Part shown: piece after piece, positions 28,120 to 38,078 of the stretch
Numbering within the stretch: position 1 is the first letter of the stretch
How the letters are laid out: every line of letters begins with the position of its first letter
Origin: Maribacter sp.
GTDB lineage: Bacteria > Bacteroidota > Bacteroidia > Flavobacteriales > Flavobacteriaceae
Assembly (NCBI RefSeq): GCF_011050675.1
Contig: NZ_DRFI01000023.1
Direction: 5' to 3' (one strand)
DNA length: 64,000 bases
Notes under the pieces: model-generated
Told to the model about the DNA's origin: nothing
Database searches by the model: none
What the model saw: the letters and a program-made list of their open reading frames with translations, nothing else
Program-made: the position numbers and the translations under genes

Positions 28120-28875
28120 TTACCGCTCATTCTTTAGTCTATCGAAATCTTTCTCTAATTGAAACAGCTTATCTTCTAGGTTATAATTAGTTTCCGGTAG
28201 TCTATGATAAAATACATATCTAACGCGCCACATTTCTTTAACATCTTTTAGTTGAAGTTCTATATCATCAACATTTTTATGCTCGGCACGTAAAACAAAT
28301 GTATCGTTCGTGATCAATAGTCTTCTTAAGATGATATCTTTTTCTGTTACAGCGAAAACCAAAGTCCCATTATTTAGTTTAGAATATACAGATGGCGGTA
28401 TCCACTCTCCAATAGCAATATCCTTCGGAAACATTCCTAATTCATTTTTGCTCATTTCTAAATTCTGTACGGTATACGCTCTAAATTTCTTATCAGGATT
28501 TATTGGCAACGTTAAAAAGGGTAAATCTTGTATGTAGGATTCCTTGTCAAAATATTTTATATAATCCTTTTGATTTAAGGTAGTTACACAGGGGACCTTT
28601 ACAAAAAATTCTTGCTCACCTAAATCTTGTTCAACCGTTAAATTACCTTTAAATTTCAATAAATTATTTACAGTTAATTCTGTAGTTAAGAGATCATCTA
28701 TAGGTATGCTAAAATAATTAGCAATTTTAATAAGTGTCTCTATTTTTGGTTCACTTCTTCCTTCTTCATATGCCCCTAAAGTGCCCCTTTTTAGGTCAAA
28801 TAGCTCTGCAAACGCCTGTTGGCTAAGACTTTTTAAACTTCTTATTTTTCTTATGTTTTTTCCGAAGTACGACAT
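28120..28875 (-). CDS. XRE-family HTH transcriptional regulator with a C-terminal domain of unknown function
   Basis: N-terminal HTH_XRE (IRKIRSLKSLSQQAFAELFDLKRGTLGAYEEG). The 180-aa C-terminal domain has no S24 peptidase motifs. Divergent from the PspA/flotillin block. Confidence 0.65.
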   Translation of the reverse strand: MSYFGKNIRKIRSLKSLSQQAFAELFDLKRGTLGAYEEGRSEPKIETLIKIANYFSIPIDDLLTTELTVNNLLKFKGNLTVEQDLGEQEFFVKVPCVTTLNQKDYIKYFDKESYIQDLPFLTLPINPDKKFRAYTVQNLEMSKNELGMFPKDIAIGEWIPPSVYSKLNNGTLVFAVTEKDIILRRLLITNDTFVLRAEHKNVDDIELQLKDVKEMWRVRYVFYHRLPETNYNLEDKLFQLEKDFDRLKNER

Positions 28876-29115
28876 TTTTTGCTAATATTATTTGCAATTA
28901 ATAAAAATATTATTATATTTGTCTAACAATATTAGCAAATATAATTTGTATTGCTAGTGTTTTGAGCAAGTTTTTTTATTAATGAATTCTAAAACACAAT
29001 ATTATGTTCATCCTAGTTGTTTACATTTTAGCGTTACTATTATAATATTAAGAAAGTGCACCGATATTATTTTGTATTATTGAACCTAAGAAATCACCTA
29101 CAAAAGCCAACACAA

Positions 29116-29511
29116 ATGAAAAACCATTTTAATATAACCAGAGATTATCTACTTGAATTAAACTTTAATATCGTTAAAGAAAATAGAGCTGATGGAATTA
29201 TGGTTGTTGAGAAGGAAGATTTTGGAATAAAGAATCTTATTCTAGGGGTATCTCCACCAATCTTGATTATGGAACAGTTTATATTCTCGGTACATAATCA
29301 GTCTGAAAAAATCTTCAGAAACTTACTTCAGAAGAATAGAGATATTATACATGGAGCTTTTGTTCTAGATGAAACCGCTAACCGTGTCATATTCAGAGAC
29401 ACTTTACAAATTGAGAATATGGATTTAAACGAGTTCGAAGCCAGTCTTAATTCTTTAAGCTTATTAATGAGCGAATACTCGGATCAAATAATTGAATTTT
29501 CTAAATACTAA
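29116..29511 (+). CDS. Hypothetical cytoplasmic protein, first gene of the PspA/flotillin block
   Basis: The ATG at 29116 is preferred; a GTG at 29056 is possible. 131 aa. No motif recognised. Confidence 0.45.
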   Translation: MKNHFNITRDYLLELNFNIVKENRADGIMVVEKEDFGIKNLILGVSPPILIMEQFIFSVHNQSEKIFRNLLQKNRDIIHGAFVLDETANRVIFRDTLQIENMDLNEFEASLNSLSLLMSEYSDQIIEFSKY

Positions 29512-29523
29512 AAATAAAAAATC

Positions 29524-30237
29524 ATGAATATATTTAAAAGACTATTTAAAATAGGAGAAGCTGAAACTAATTCCGCAATTGATAAAATGGAAGACCCTAT
29601 AAAAATGACCGAACAGGGCATTAGGGACATGAAGCTAGACTTGGAAAAAAGTTTAGAAGCTCTTGCACAAGTTAAAGCTCTTGCCATTCGTTCTAAGAAT
29701 GATCAAGACGTATATAAAAACAAGGCTAAAGAATACCAAGATAAAGCAATCATTATACTAAAGAAGGCTAACAGCAAAGAATTAGATGCTACTGAGGCAG
29801 ATAGGCTTGCCAAAGAAGCTTTAGTGCAAAAAGAAATTAATGAAAAGCAATTGGAAGCAACCAAAACTGAAACTGAGAAATTTGAAGCCAATGTTAGCCA
29901 AATGCAGGGTAATGTAGAAGCATTAAAATCTAATATAGGTAATTGGGAAAATGAACTTAAAACACTAAAAGCCCGTGTTAAAGTAAGTAATGCTACCAAA
30001 AACTTAAACAAGCAAATGGCTGAACTGGATAGTACTGGTACAGTTTCTATGCTTGAGAGGATGAAGGAGAAAATTGCCCAAGAAGAAGCCTTAGCCGAAG
30101 CTTATGGCGATATAGCAAACTCTAGTAAATCAATTGATGAAGAATTAGACAAAGCAGCCGATACAACAGAAGCAGCGGCAGATGATGAACTTCAAAAGTT
30201 AAAAGAACAATTAGGGTTTAATAAAACCAAAAAATAA
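29524..30237 (+). CDS. PspA/IM30 (Vipp1/LiaH) family protein
   Basis: 237-aa all-helical coiled coil with the PspA-like N-terminus MNIFKRLFKIGEAETNSAIDKMEDPIKMTEQGIRDMK. Confidence 0.8.
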   Translation: MNIFKRLFKIGEAETNSAIDKMEDPIKMTEQGIRDMKLDLEKSLEALAQVKALAIRSKNDQDVYKNKAKEYQDKAIIILKKANSKELDATEADRLAKEALVQKEINEKQLEATKTETEKFEANVSQMQGNVEALKSNIGNWENELKTLKARVKVSNATKNLNKQMAELDSTGTVSMLERMKEKIAQEEALAEAYGDIANSSKSIDEELDKAADTTEAAADDELQKLKEQLGFNKTKK

Positions 30238-30241
30238 AAAT

Positions 30242-30952
30242 TTGAATCAACTAATAGACATATTATTTTCTGAGGTAAATATCACGCTAACATTATTGCT
30301 GATACTTCTTTTAGTGTACTGGGTCATTACCATGATTGGTGGTATCGATTTTGATCTAGATATCGACGTGGACATTGATGCCGATGTTGATATGGACTTT
30401 GATCCTAGTATTGAAGGTGGTAACTTAGATTTTGAAGACATTTCGAATACCGAAGTAAACCAAGATGATGTTATTGGAAAAAGACGTAGACCATTAAAAT
30501 GGTGGCAAATTTTCCTTATTTACTTCAATTTTGTGGGTCTACCGTTTATGTTCACATTTACCTGTTGGATATTTATTTGGTGGTTGATTACAACTATTCT
30601 CACAACTTTGACGTTTACCTATGATAACTTTATAGGCTTCATAATTATGATCGCTGCCTTTTTCCCAGCATTGTTTGTAAACAAGCTATTTACCAGTCCT
30701 TTTAAGAGCTTTTTTAAGCGACTGAATAAAGATGGTGATGCACCAGTAGATTTTCTAGGTAGAGAAGCAATTTTGCTATCTAACATCACTGAGGATAAAA
30801 TGGGTAATGCAGAAGTAAAAGCAGAAGGCAACAGCCATTCAATATACGTGAAGTCTTTAGACAAAAAACCATTAAGCTATGGTAGTACAGTTCTTATTAT
30901 TAAAAGATCTGCTGATCATACTTATTTTTTAGTACAATCTTATAACCAATAA
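30242..30952 (+). CDS. NfeD-like (YqiJ-type) membrane protein with C-terminal OB-fold
   Basis: TM helix, alternating Asp tract (IDFDLDIDVDIDADVDMDFD), two to three further TM helices, and a C-terminal beta-barrel GREAILLSNI...GNAEVKAEGNSHSIYVKS...GSTVLIIKRSADHTYFLV. Immediately upstream of the SPFH gene, as in yqiJK/yuaFG. Confidence 0.7.
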   Translation: MNQLIDILFSEVNITLTLLLILLLVYWVITMIGGIDFDLDIDVDIDADVDMDFDPSIEGGNLDFEDISNTEVNQDDVIGKRRRPLKWWQIFLIYFNFVGLPFMFTFTCWIFIWWLITTILTTLTFTYDNFIGFIIMIAAFFPALFVNKLFTSPFKSFFKRLNKDGDAPVDFLGREAILLSNITEDKMGNAEVKAEGNSHSIYVKSLDKKPLSYGSTVLIIKRSADHTYFLVQSYNQ

Positions 30953-30967
30953 ATCTTAAATTAATTT

Positions 30968-33034
30968 ATGGAATCCATCTTTTCAATTATCGGTATAGGT
31001 CTTGGTGTTATCCTCTTCCTTATCATCGTTTATTTTGCAATCATTGCAATGTTCTACAAAAAAGTTCATCAAGGTCAAGCCCTGGTAAGAACTGGATTTG
31101 GAGGAACTAAAGTGGCAACGGACAAAGGTCTGTATGTAGTACCTGTTTTTCACCGTGTTGAAATCATGGATATTTCTGTAAAGAAAATTCAAATAGAAAG
31201 ACTCGCTACCGAAGGATTAATCTGTAAGGATAATATGCGTGCAGATATTAAAGTAGCATTCTTTGTTAGGGTAAATAACGAGGTTGATTTTATTAAAAAA
31301 GTAGCCCAGACCATTGGTGTACAAAGAGCGTCTCGTCAAGAAACTCTTGAAGAATTATTTGAAGCGAAGTTTTCTGAAGCGTTGAAAACCGTTGGTAAAA
31401 AATTCGATTTTATACAATTATACGAAGCCCGTAGAGAGTTTAGAGATGAGATCGTAGATATCATTGGTACAGACCTTAACGGGTACACTTTAGAAGATTG
31501 TGCTATTGATTATTTAGAACAAACCGCTGTAGCACACCTAAAGGCAGATAATATTCTTGATGCAGAAGGTATTAAGAAAATTAATGATTTAACTGCTGCT
31601 CAAAATGTTAAGTCAAATCTTATTAAGCGTGATGAGGAGAAAACCATCCGTAAGCAAGATGTAGAAGCAAGGGAAGCTATTTTGGAACTTGACAAACAGC
31701 TGGCTGAAAAAGAAGAACAACAAAAAAGAGAAATTGCAAACATTAAATCTCGTGAAGAAGCAGAAATTCTTAAAGTTTCTGAAGAAGAACTTTTAAAGTC
31801 GGAAACTGCTCGTATTGCAACCCGTGAAAAAGTTAAGGTTGCAGAAGAGAATATGGAGCGTCAAATAATTGTTGCGTTGAAAAACAAACAACGTACAGAT
31901 GCCGTAGAAACAGAAAGAGTAGAAAAAGATAGATTATTAGAGGCTACGGAAAGAGAAAGAGTAGTTACGCTTGCGCAAATAGAAAAAGAGAAAGTTGTTG
32001 AAGTAGAAAAAAAGAATATACAAGATGTTATTCGCGATCGTGTTACGCTAGAAAAAGGAGTAGTGGAAGAGCAAGAAAATATGAAAGATATTCAAGCTTT
32101 TAAAACTGCAGATCGAGATAAGCAGGTAAAAATTACTGTTGCCGAAGGAAATGCTCAAGAAGATTTAATTAAGACGATTAAGGCTGCTGAAGCTCAAAAA
32201 GAAGCTGCGAAACAAAAAGCAGAAGAAATCAATATTGAAGCATTGGCTCACAAAGAAGCTAGTGAAAAAGAGGCTGAAGCACGTAAAATTTTAGCGGAAG
32301 CCCAAGCGAAAGAAGAAGCTACAGTAGGTATGTCTGAAGCGCAAGTAATGCATGCTAAAGCAGATGCTTACGAACGTGAAGGTATTGTACAGGCTATTAT
32401 TATCGAGAAAAAAGCTAAAGCAGAGGCTGCCGGTATTGAAGCTAAAGCGGAAGCTAAGCGTAAAGATGGTATAGCAGAGGCTGACGTTATTAAAGAAAAA
32501 GCTTTGGCAGATGCCGCTGGTATCGAAGAGAAAGCTAATGCAATGAAGAAGTTAGATGGTGTAGGTAAAGAGCATGAAGAATTCAAATTGCGTTTAGATA
32601 AAGAATTACAAGTAGATCTTGCTCACATAAATATCCAAAAAGATATAGCAGATGCACAAGCAATGGTTATTGGTGATGCACTTAAAGCAGCTAAAATTGA
32701 TATTGTTGGTGGTGAAACAATGTTCTTTGACCAAATTATTGGGCAAATTACAAGAGCTAAAGGTTATGATAGATTAGTAGCCAATTCTACCAATATTCAA
32801 GATGTAAAAGATGCTATTTTAGGTAGCGACGATGTTAAGGGAAATCTATTAGGGAAAGTAAAGGAATTTGCTGATAAATATGGTGTATCATCTGAAGACC
32901 TTAAAAACTTAACTATTGCAAATTTACTGATGGACTTAAAAGCGAAGTCTAATGATAACGATGAACAGACGCTATTTAGCAACTTGTTCAACCTTGCAAA
33001 AGGTCTAGGTATGAGTGATAAAAAATTAAAGTAA
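30968..33034 (+). CDS. Flotillin-like SPFH/band-7 protein (YqiK/FloT-like)
   Basis: N-terminal TM helix. SPFH domain. About 400 aa of Ala/Glu/Lys-rich flotillin-type coiled coil (EAAKQKAEE..., EAEARKILAEAQAKEEA). Confidence 0.85.
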   Translation: MESIFSIIGIGLGVILFLIIVYFAIIAMFYKKVHQGQALVRTGFGGTKVATDKGLYVVPVFHRVEIMDISVKKIQIERLATEGLICKDNMRADIKVAFFVRVNNEVDFIKKVAQTIGVQRASRQETLEELFEAKFSEALKTVGKKFDFIQLYEARREFRDEIVDIIGTDLNGYTLEDCAIDYLEQTAVAHLKADNILDAEGIKKINDLTAAQNVKSNLIKRDEEKTIRKQDVEAREAILELDKQLAEKEEQQKREIANIKSREEAEILKVSEEELLKSETARIATREKVKVAEENMERQIIVALKNKQRTDAVETERVEKDRLLEATERERVVTLAQIEKEKVVEVEKKNIQDVIRDRVTLEKGVVEEQENMKDIQAFKTADRDKQVKITVAEGNAQEDLIKTIKAAEAQKEAAKQKAEEINIEALAHKEASEKEAEARKILAEAQAKEEATVGMSEAQVMHAKADAYEREGIVQAIIIEKKAKAEAAGIEAKAEAKRKDGIAEADVIKEKALADAAGIEEKANAMKKLDGVGKEHEEFKLRLDKELQVDLAHINIQKDIADAQAMVIGDALKAAKIDIVGGETMFFDQIIGQITRAKGYDRLVANSTNIQDVKDAILGSDDVKGNLLGKVKEFADKYGVSSEDLKNLTIANLLMDLKAKSNDNDEQTLFSNLFNLAKGLGMSDKKLK

Positions 33035-33097
33035 TCACACATTACCTAAGTATCTGAAAGTAAATTATTAATGTAATATAAAAGTCTAGTTATTTTT

Positions 33098-36000
33098 ATG
33101 GCAGAGGAATCCCGAACAGGAAATAAGGAAGAGCATATTTTAGATGGTGGTACTTATGATGTAATCAAAAACCGACTACAAAAGCAGAAGGAATTATTAC
33201 AAAGTAAGCTTACAAATCTAAATGATGATAGAAAAACCGTTTTTGGCTCATTAGAAACAAAACTTATTGCCAATGATAGGATCAATACAGAAAACAACTG
33301 TATTGCAAGAGATATTGTTTCTTTTGGAAATACCTGTCTGTTCGGGTATAACGTTCATTTTGGTCTTAGAACCGAAATAACGATTAAAGATGTTTTTAGC
33401 TGTTACCAGTTTGTTGATAATAGCTTTAAAGCTTCTAGTCTCGACCTTTTAGAGGACAACACCTTTAAAACTGACTTTACTAACTTATATAAGTATTACC
33501 GAAATACGATATTTTCCAATTTTGCCATAATTGGAAATTATCTACATATGGTTTTTCAGTTGAGTGATAGTCCTTCTGATATTAAAACGTTTAAGTGGCT
33601 ATTGGTAAACGATACCTTAAAATATATTGATAACCGTAGTGAGCATGAGTATAAATTTCCGGTACAGCAAGAATTTAAATGGCAAGAGGCTACTAGAGAT
33701 ATGCACCGTTATGGTATACATTCTCACGTATCTATAAAAGATCGTGTTTTTGTAGAAACTATTGGTGGTGATTTAACTATTAAAATAGAGGATAATACTG
33801 CTGAAGGGAAAGGTATTTTAGATGAGCCTGTAGAATATGTTGACCAAACATTAGATGATGGACAATATCGTTATGGTGATTTAGGAAACCTGCTAGTTTT
33901 AGAAATTAAACCGTTTCAAGAATCTCCTCGTTATTTTGTTTTCAATGACAAAATGAAAGAGGTTCAAAAAATCGATACGGTTAAGGATGCTTGTATTGTA
34001 TTGCCAGATGATCAAGGTATCATTTTCCCAACTGGTTACTATCTACAAACAGGGGAATACCATATATTTGATAATGCCATTGACAACGTAAAGTTTCAAG
34101 AGCGTATTATTTCTCCTAATGGTGAAGATTTTCTTTATGTATTCTATTCTGCTGTAGAAGGTTTATACAATCTAATGTCTTATAATATTATTAGTAAGGT
34201 TATTAAAACTCCTATTATCTGTAATGGCTTTACCATATTAGAAAACGGAGAGCTATGTTATTTTAAAACAGAACAGGAACAAACTAAACATCATGTAGTT
34301 CAAATTTGGCAAACTCCTTATCTAAAGGGTGATTATGTGCCTTCACAACATGAAGACACTTTACTTTACAAAATTGGAAACAAGGACATTGTAAAGGCTA
34401 TGGCCGAAGTCAATAGTTTAATTACACTTCTTAATAAGAATGATAATTATGCTGGTCTATATAGTGATATAGCAAAATTTTCTAAAGATATATTAGATGC
34501 ATATTACTGGTTGCCAGAACCTGAAACCCATCAATTAAACGAACCCATTCAAGAAATCAATAAAGCATCTAATGCCGCAATTGATGAATTTGAGAAAGTA
34601 GTTCAGCTTCGTAAAAATGCACACAACCAATCAAAATTAATACAACAAAACGCTGAGGAGTTATTTAATAAAATTAAGAGCACCTCTTTTAAAAGTATTG
34701 ATGAGTTTGTAGCACTACTGACTAGATTAAGATCGACCAGAGGTGAGTCTATCTCTTTAAAAGAAGTCAGATATATTGACTTAGAGTATTTAGAAACTCT
34801 TGAGGAACAAATTGAAGAACAGACAAAGAAAATATCTGAACGTTGTGTTCAGTTTCTTTTAAATCCAACTGCATTACAACCATATCATGATGCATTAAAG
34901 GAGAAAAAAGAATTCATTGGTACTGTTGAAAAAGTAATTGAAGCTAAAAAGAAGGAAGAGGAAATTAACGAGATTAGTACAGATCTAGAAATGTTAATTG
35001 ACATTGTTTCCAATTTAGAAATTGAAGATACTGCACATTCAACAAAAATCATCGATGACATTTCATTGATTTTTTCTACTATAAACGAACTTAAGGCAGC
35101 TTTAAAGAACAAAAGAAACTCTTTAGGTATATCTGAAGCTAAAGCTGAATTTGCAGCCCAATTGAAATTGATAGACCAAAGTATCATCAATTATTTGGAT
35201 ATGGCATCAACTCCAGAAAAATGTGATGAATATCAAACTAAAACATCTATTCAATTAGAAGAATTAGAGGGTAAATTCACCGACTTCGAAGAGTTTATTG
35301 AAACAATAATCGAGAAGAGAGAAGAGGTATATGCTGCTTTCGATGCAAGAAAAAATACCTTAATTGAAAAACGAAATAAAAAGTCTAGTGCATTAACCAG
35401 TGCATCCAATAGAATATTAAAGGGTGTTCAAAAAAAGGCACAAAGTTTTAATTCTGCAGTAGAGATTAATGGATACTTTGCTTCGGACTTAATGATTAAT
35501 AAGCTTCGTGATATTATTTCTCAATTACAAGAGCTTGATGATAGTGGTAAGGCAGAAGAAATTGAAACTCAGCTAAAAACAGCAAGAGAAGATGCGCTTA
35601 GAAAGCTAAAAGATAAACTAGATCTTTATGAGGAAGGTGATAGTATTATTAGGTTGGGCAAGCACAAGTTTGGTGTAAATAAACAGCAACTAGATTTAAC
35701 CATTGTTTTTCATAATAACGAGCTTAACTACCACCTAACAGGTACCGATTTTTATAAGAAGTTGAATAATGATGAGTTTGTGAAAAATCGTCACTTATGG
35801 AATCAAGAATATGTTTCTGAAACGGATGTTATATATCGCGCTGCATACTTAGCCTATAAAATATTCAAAAACGCCTCTGAAGATAAATTGATTTCTTTAA
35901 GTGAAGAACAACTATTAAAGGTTGTTCAAGAGCAAAGTAGAAATGATTACTCTGAAGGATATATAAAAGGAGTACATGATGTAGATGCTTCAAAAATACT

Positions 36001-37981
36001 GAAGCTACTTGTACGTAAACATCATGAGTTAGACTTACTTACTTACAGACCAGAAATACGTGGATACGCACAGTTTTTCTGGAACGATTTATCTGATGAT
36101 ATTAGAAGCGAACTAGATAAGAGTTTAAAGGCAGCAGGCGAGGTATTACAATATTTCCCTAACTCCAATGAGTACTCGTCTATTACAGATAAATTAAAAA
36201 AGAATATAGAATTATTTGCAGAAAGAACTAAGCTATTTGATTCATTACTGAGTACAGATATTGCTGAATATTTGTTTGAAGAGCTGAGATCGGACTCTGA
36301 ATTTATGTATAGCAGTCTTGCCATACAGCTTAAAGAAGATTTTTTGAAATTTCTAAAGTCTCAACAGGCAGATTTAAAATTCAAAAAAAGTGTAGAAGAG
36401 TCTCTTAATCTTGAAACCAAAGTTCGATTGGTTAAGCAATGGGTTGGAGCGTTCTTAAAATCTAAAAAGGAAGTTGATAATGCAACATATAGGTATGAGA
36501 ATGAAATAGTAGGCGCTCTTCTTTTTAGAGATGAGTCTGCCTCAAAAATAAAAGCTGTTTCACCAAACGAAGTAATTAAAGACCTTAGAGGTTCTCATGC
36601 TACTATTGTTGAAGGTATCTATTCTTTCAATTATCATGATTTCATTACGCGATTGAATTTGTTCGTATTGTATGAAGTTCCTGCTTTTCAAAAATTTAAA
36701 AAGACGAAACTTGAGATTACAGAGCAATTAAAGAATGATTTGAAGCTAGAGGAGTTTAAGCCAAGAGTACTTACTTCTTTTGTTCGAAATAAATTAATTG
36801 ATGAAGTATATCTTCCAATTTTCGGAAATAACTTAGCAAAACAATTAGGTACCGTAGGCGATAATAAACGTACGGACCGAATGGGTATGTTGCTTCTTAT
36901 ATCCCCCCCTGGTTACGGTAAAACGACTTTGATGGAATATATCGCTAATAGATTAGGCTTAATATTCGTTAAGATTAATGGTCCCGCAATTGGTCATGAA
37001 GTAACAAACGTTGACCCTGCTTCTGCAAAGAATAGTGCCGCAAGAGAAGAGCTTAAGAAATTGAATTTGGCTTTTGAAATGGGGAATAACGTCATGCTTT
37101 ATATTGATGATATTCAACACTGTAATCCAGAGTTTTTACAAAAGTTCATTTCCCTATCAGATGGTACACGTAAAATAGAAGGTGTATATGAAAACCAACC
37201 TAAAACTTATGATTTACGTGGTAAAAAATTCTGCGTTATCATGGCTGGTAACCCATATACAGAGAGTGGAGAAAAATTTAAGATTCCAGATATGTTAGCC
37301 AACCGTGCAGATATTTATAATCTTGGTGATATTATTGGTGAGACCGAGCATTTGTTCAGATTAAGTCTTGTTGAAAATTCGCTAACGGCCAATCCTGTTT
37401 TACAGCAATTAGCTAGCAAAGAGTTTGATGATGTATATACCTTAGTTAATCAAATTGAATCTAAATCTGATGAAGGTCAACTTATTGGAAATCATTCTAG
37501 CCAAGAAATTGAAGAATATAAAAAGGTTTTAGAGAAGGTTTTAAGGGTTAGAGATGTATTGTTAAAGGTCAACGCTACATACATTAAAAGTGCTGCTATG
37601 CAAGATGAATATCGTGTAGAGCCAACTTTTAAACTTCAAGGCTCTTATAGAGACATGAATAAATTGGTTTCTCAAATTGTTCCTATTATGAACGACAATG
37701 AACTAAACACACTATTACGTTCACATTACGAAAATGAAGCGCAAACGTTAACCGGTTCTGCCGAAGCCAACTTATTAAAGTATAACGAACTTATCGGTAA
37801 TCTTTCTACTGAAGAAGTAGAAAGATGGAACTCTATTAAGGAACAGTTTGTGAAAAATAATAAAATAAAAAGTTTTGGTAATGCTAATGAGATGGCGCAA
37901 GTACTTTCGCAAATGATGGAATTTTCTGAAAACTTAGCAGGTATTAAGTCCGTTTTAGAAAAAGGGCTTAATAATGACTAA
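33098..37981 (+). CDS. Giant (1627 aa) protein: N-terminal globular region, long coiled coil, C-terminal AAA+ ATPase (MoxR/AAA_5/McrB-like)
   Basis: Walker A LLLISPPGYGKTTL (~aa 1268). Walker B and post-Walker-B pattern MLYIDDIQHCNPEFLQKF (~aa 1332). Sensor region VIMAGNPY...ANRADIYNL. E/K/L-rich heptads from roughly aa 470-870. Confidence 0.7.
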   Translation: MAEESRTGNKEEHILDGGTYDVIKNRLQKQKELLQSKLTNLNDDRKTVFGSLETKLIANDRINTENNCIARDIVSFGNTCLFGYNVHFGLRTEITIKDVFSCYQFVDNSFKASSLDLLEDNTFKTDFTNLYKYYRNTIFSNFAIIGNYLHMVFQLSDSPSDIKTFKWLLVNDTLKYIDNRSEHEYKFPVQQEFKWQEATRDMHRYGIHSHVSIKDRVFVETIGGDLTIKIEDNTAEGKGILDEPVEYVDQTLDDGQYRYGDLGNLLVLEIKPFQESPRYFVFNDKMKEVQKIDTVKDACIVLPDDQGIIFPTGYYLQTGEYHIFDNAIDNVKFQERIISPNGEDFLYVFYSAVEGLYNLMSYNIISKVIKTPIICNGFTILENGELCYFKTEQEQTKHHVVQIWQTPYLKGDYVPSQHEDTLLYKIGNKDIVKAMAEVNSLITLLNKNDNYAGLYSDIAKFSKDILDAYYWLPEPETHQLNEPIQEINKASNAAIDEFEKVVQLRKNAHNQSKLIQQNAEELFNKIKSTSFKSIDEFVALLTRLRSTRGESISLKEVRYIDLEYLETLEEQIEEQTKKISERCVQFLLNPTALQPYHDALKEKKEFIGTVEKVIEAKKKEEEINEISTDLEMLIDIVSNLEIEDTAHSTKIIDDISLIFSTINELKAALKNKRNSLGISEAKAEFAAQLKLIDQSIINYLDMASTPEKCDEYQTKTSIQLEELEGKFTDFEEFIETIIEKREEVYAAFDARKNTLIEKRNKKSSALTSASNRILKGVQKKAQSFNSAVEINGYFASDLMINKLRDIISQLQELDDSGKAEEIETQLKTAREDALRKLKDKLDLYEEGDSIIRLGKHKFGVNKQQLDLTIVFHNNELNYHLTGTDFYKKLNNDEFVKNRHLWNQEYVSETDVIYRAAYLAYKIFKNASEDKLISLSEEQLLKVVQEQSRNDYSEGYIKGVHDVDASKILKLLVRKHHELDLLTYRPEIRGYAQFFWNDLSDDIRSELDKSLKAAGEVLQYFPNSNEYSSITDKLKKNIELFAERTKLFDSLLSTDIAEYLFEELRSDSEFMYSSLAIQLKEDFLKFLKSQQADLKFKKSVEESLNLETKVRLVKQWVGAFLKSKKEVDNATYRYENEIVGALLFRDESASKIKAVSPNEVIKDLRGSHATIVEGIYSFNYHDFITRLNLFVLYEVPAFQKFKKTKLEITEQLKNDLKLEEFKPRVLTSFVRNKLIDEVYLPIFGNNLAKQLGTVGDNKRTDRMGMLLLISPPGYGKTTLMEYIANRLGLIFVKINGPAIGHEVTNVDPASAKNSAAREELKKLNLAFEMGNNVMLYIDDIQHCNPEFLQKFISLSDGTRKIEGVYENQPKTYDLRGKKFCVIMAGNPYTESGEKFKIPDMLANRADIYNLGDIIGETEHLFRLSLVENSLTANPVLQQLASKEFDDVYTLVNQIESKSDEGQLIGNHSSQEIEEYKKVLEKVLRVRDVLLKVNATYIKSAAMQDEYRVEPTFKLQGSYRDMNKLVSQIVPIMNDNELNTLLRSHYENEAQTLTGSAEANLLKYNELIGNLSTEEVERWNSIKEQFVKNNKIKSFGNANEMAQVLSQMMEFSENLAGIKSVLEKGLNND

Positions 37982-38078
37982 CAATTTATAAGGTAGTTTA
38001 TTTTTTCTTTTATTCCTGAAATTCAGGCATCCACGTCAAAATAAAGATGTAATTTTGCACCCGCAAAAAAGCTGCATT

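Noticed and set aside
29703-36324. Small antisense ORFs inside PspA, NfeD, flotillin and the giant gene (29703-30011, 30247-30441, 30619-30864, 30983-31192, 32368-32586, 32797-33042, 34885-35190, 36043-36324)
   Set aside because: All are antisense or alternative-frame. The Ala/Ser/Leu-rich translations mirror the Glu/Lys/Ala-rich sense coiled coils.
33098-37981. Giant protein as an SMC/SbcC/RecN-type ABC ATPase (the common annotation for big coiled-coil proteins)
   Set aside because: The P-loop is at ~aa 1270 rather than at the N-terminus. Walker B follows only ~60 aa later with a DDIQHxxP pattern. No ABC signature (LSGGQ) or split head arrangement is present. This is the AAA+ layout, not SMC.
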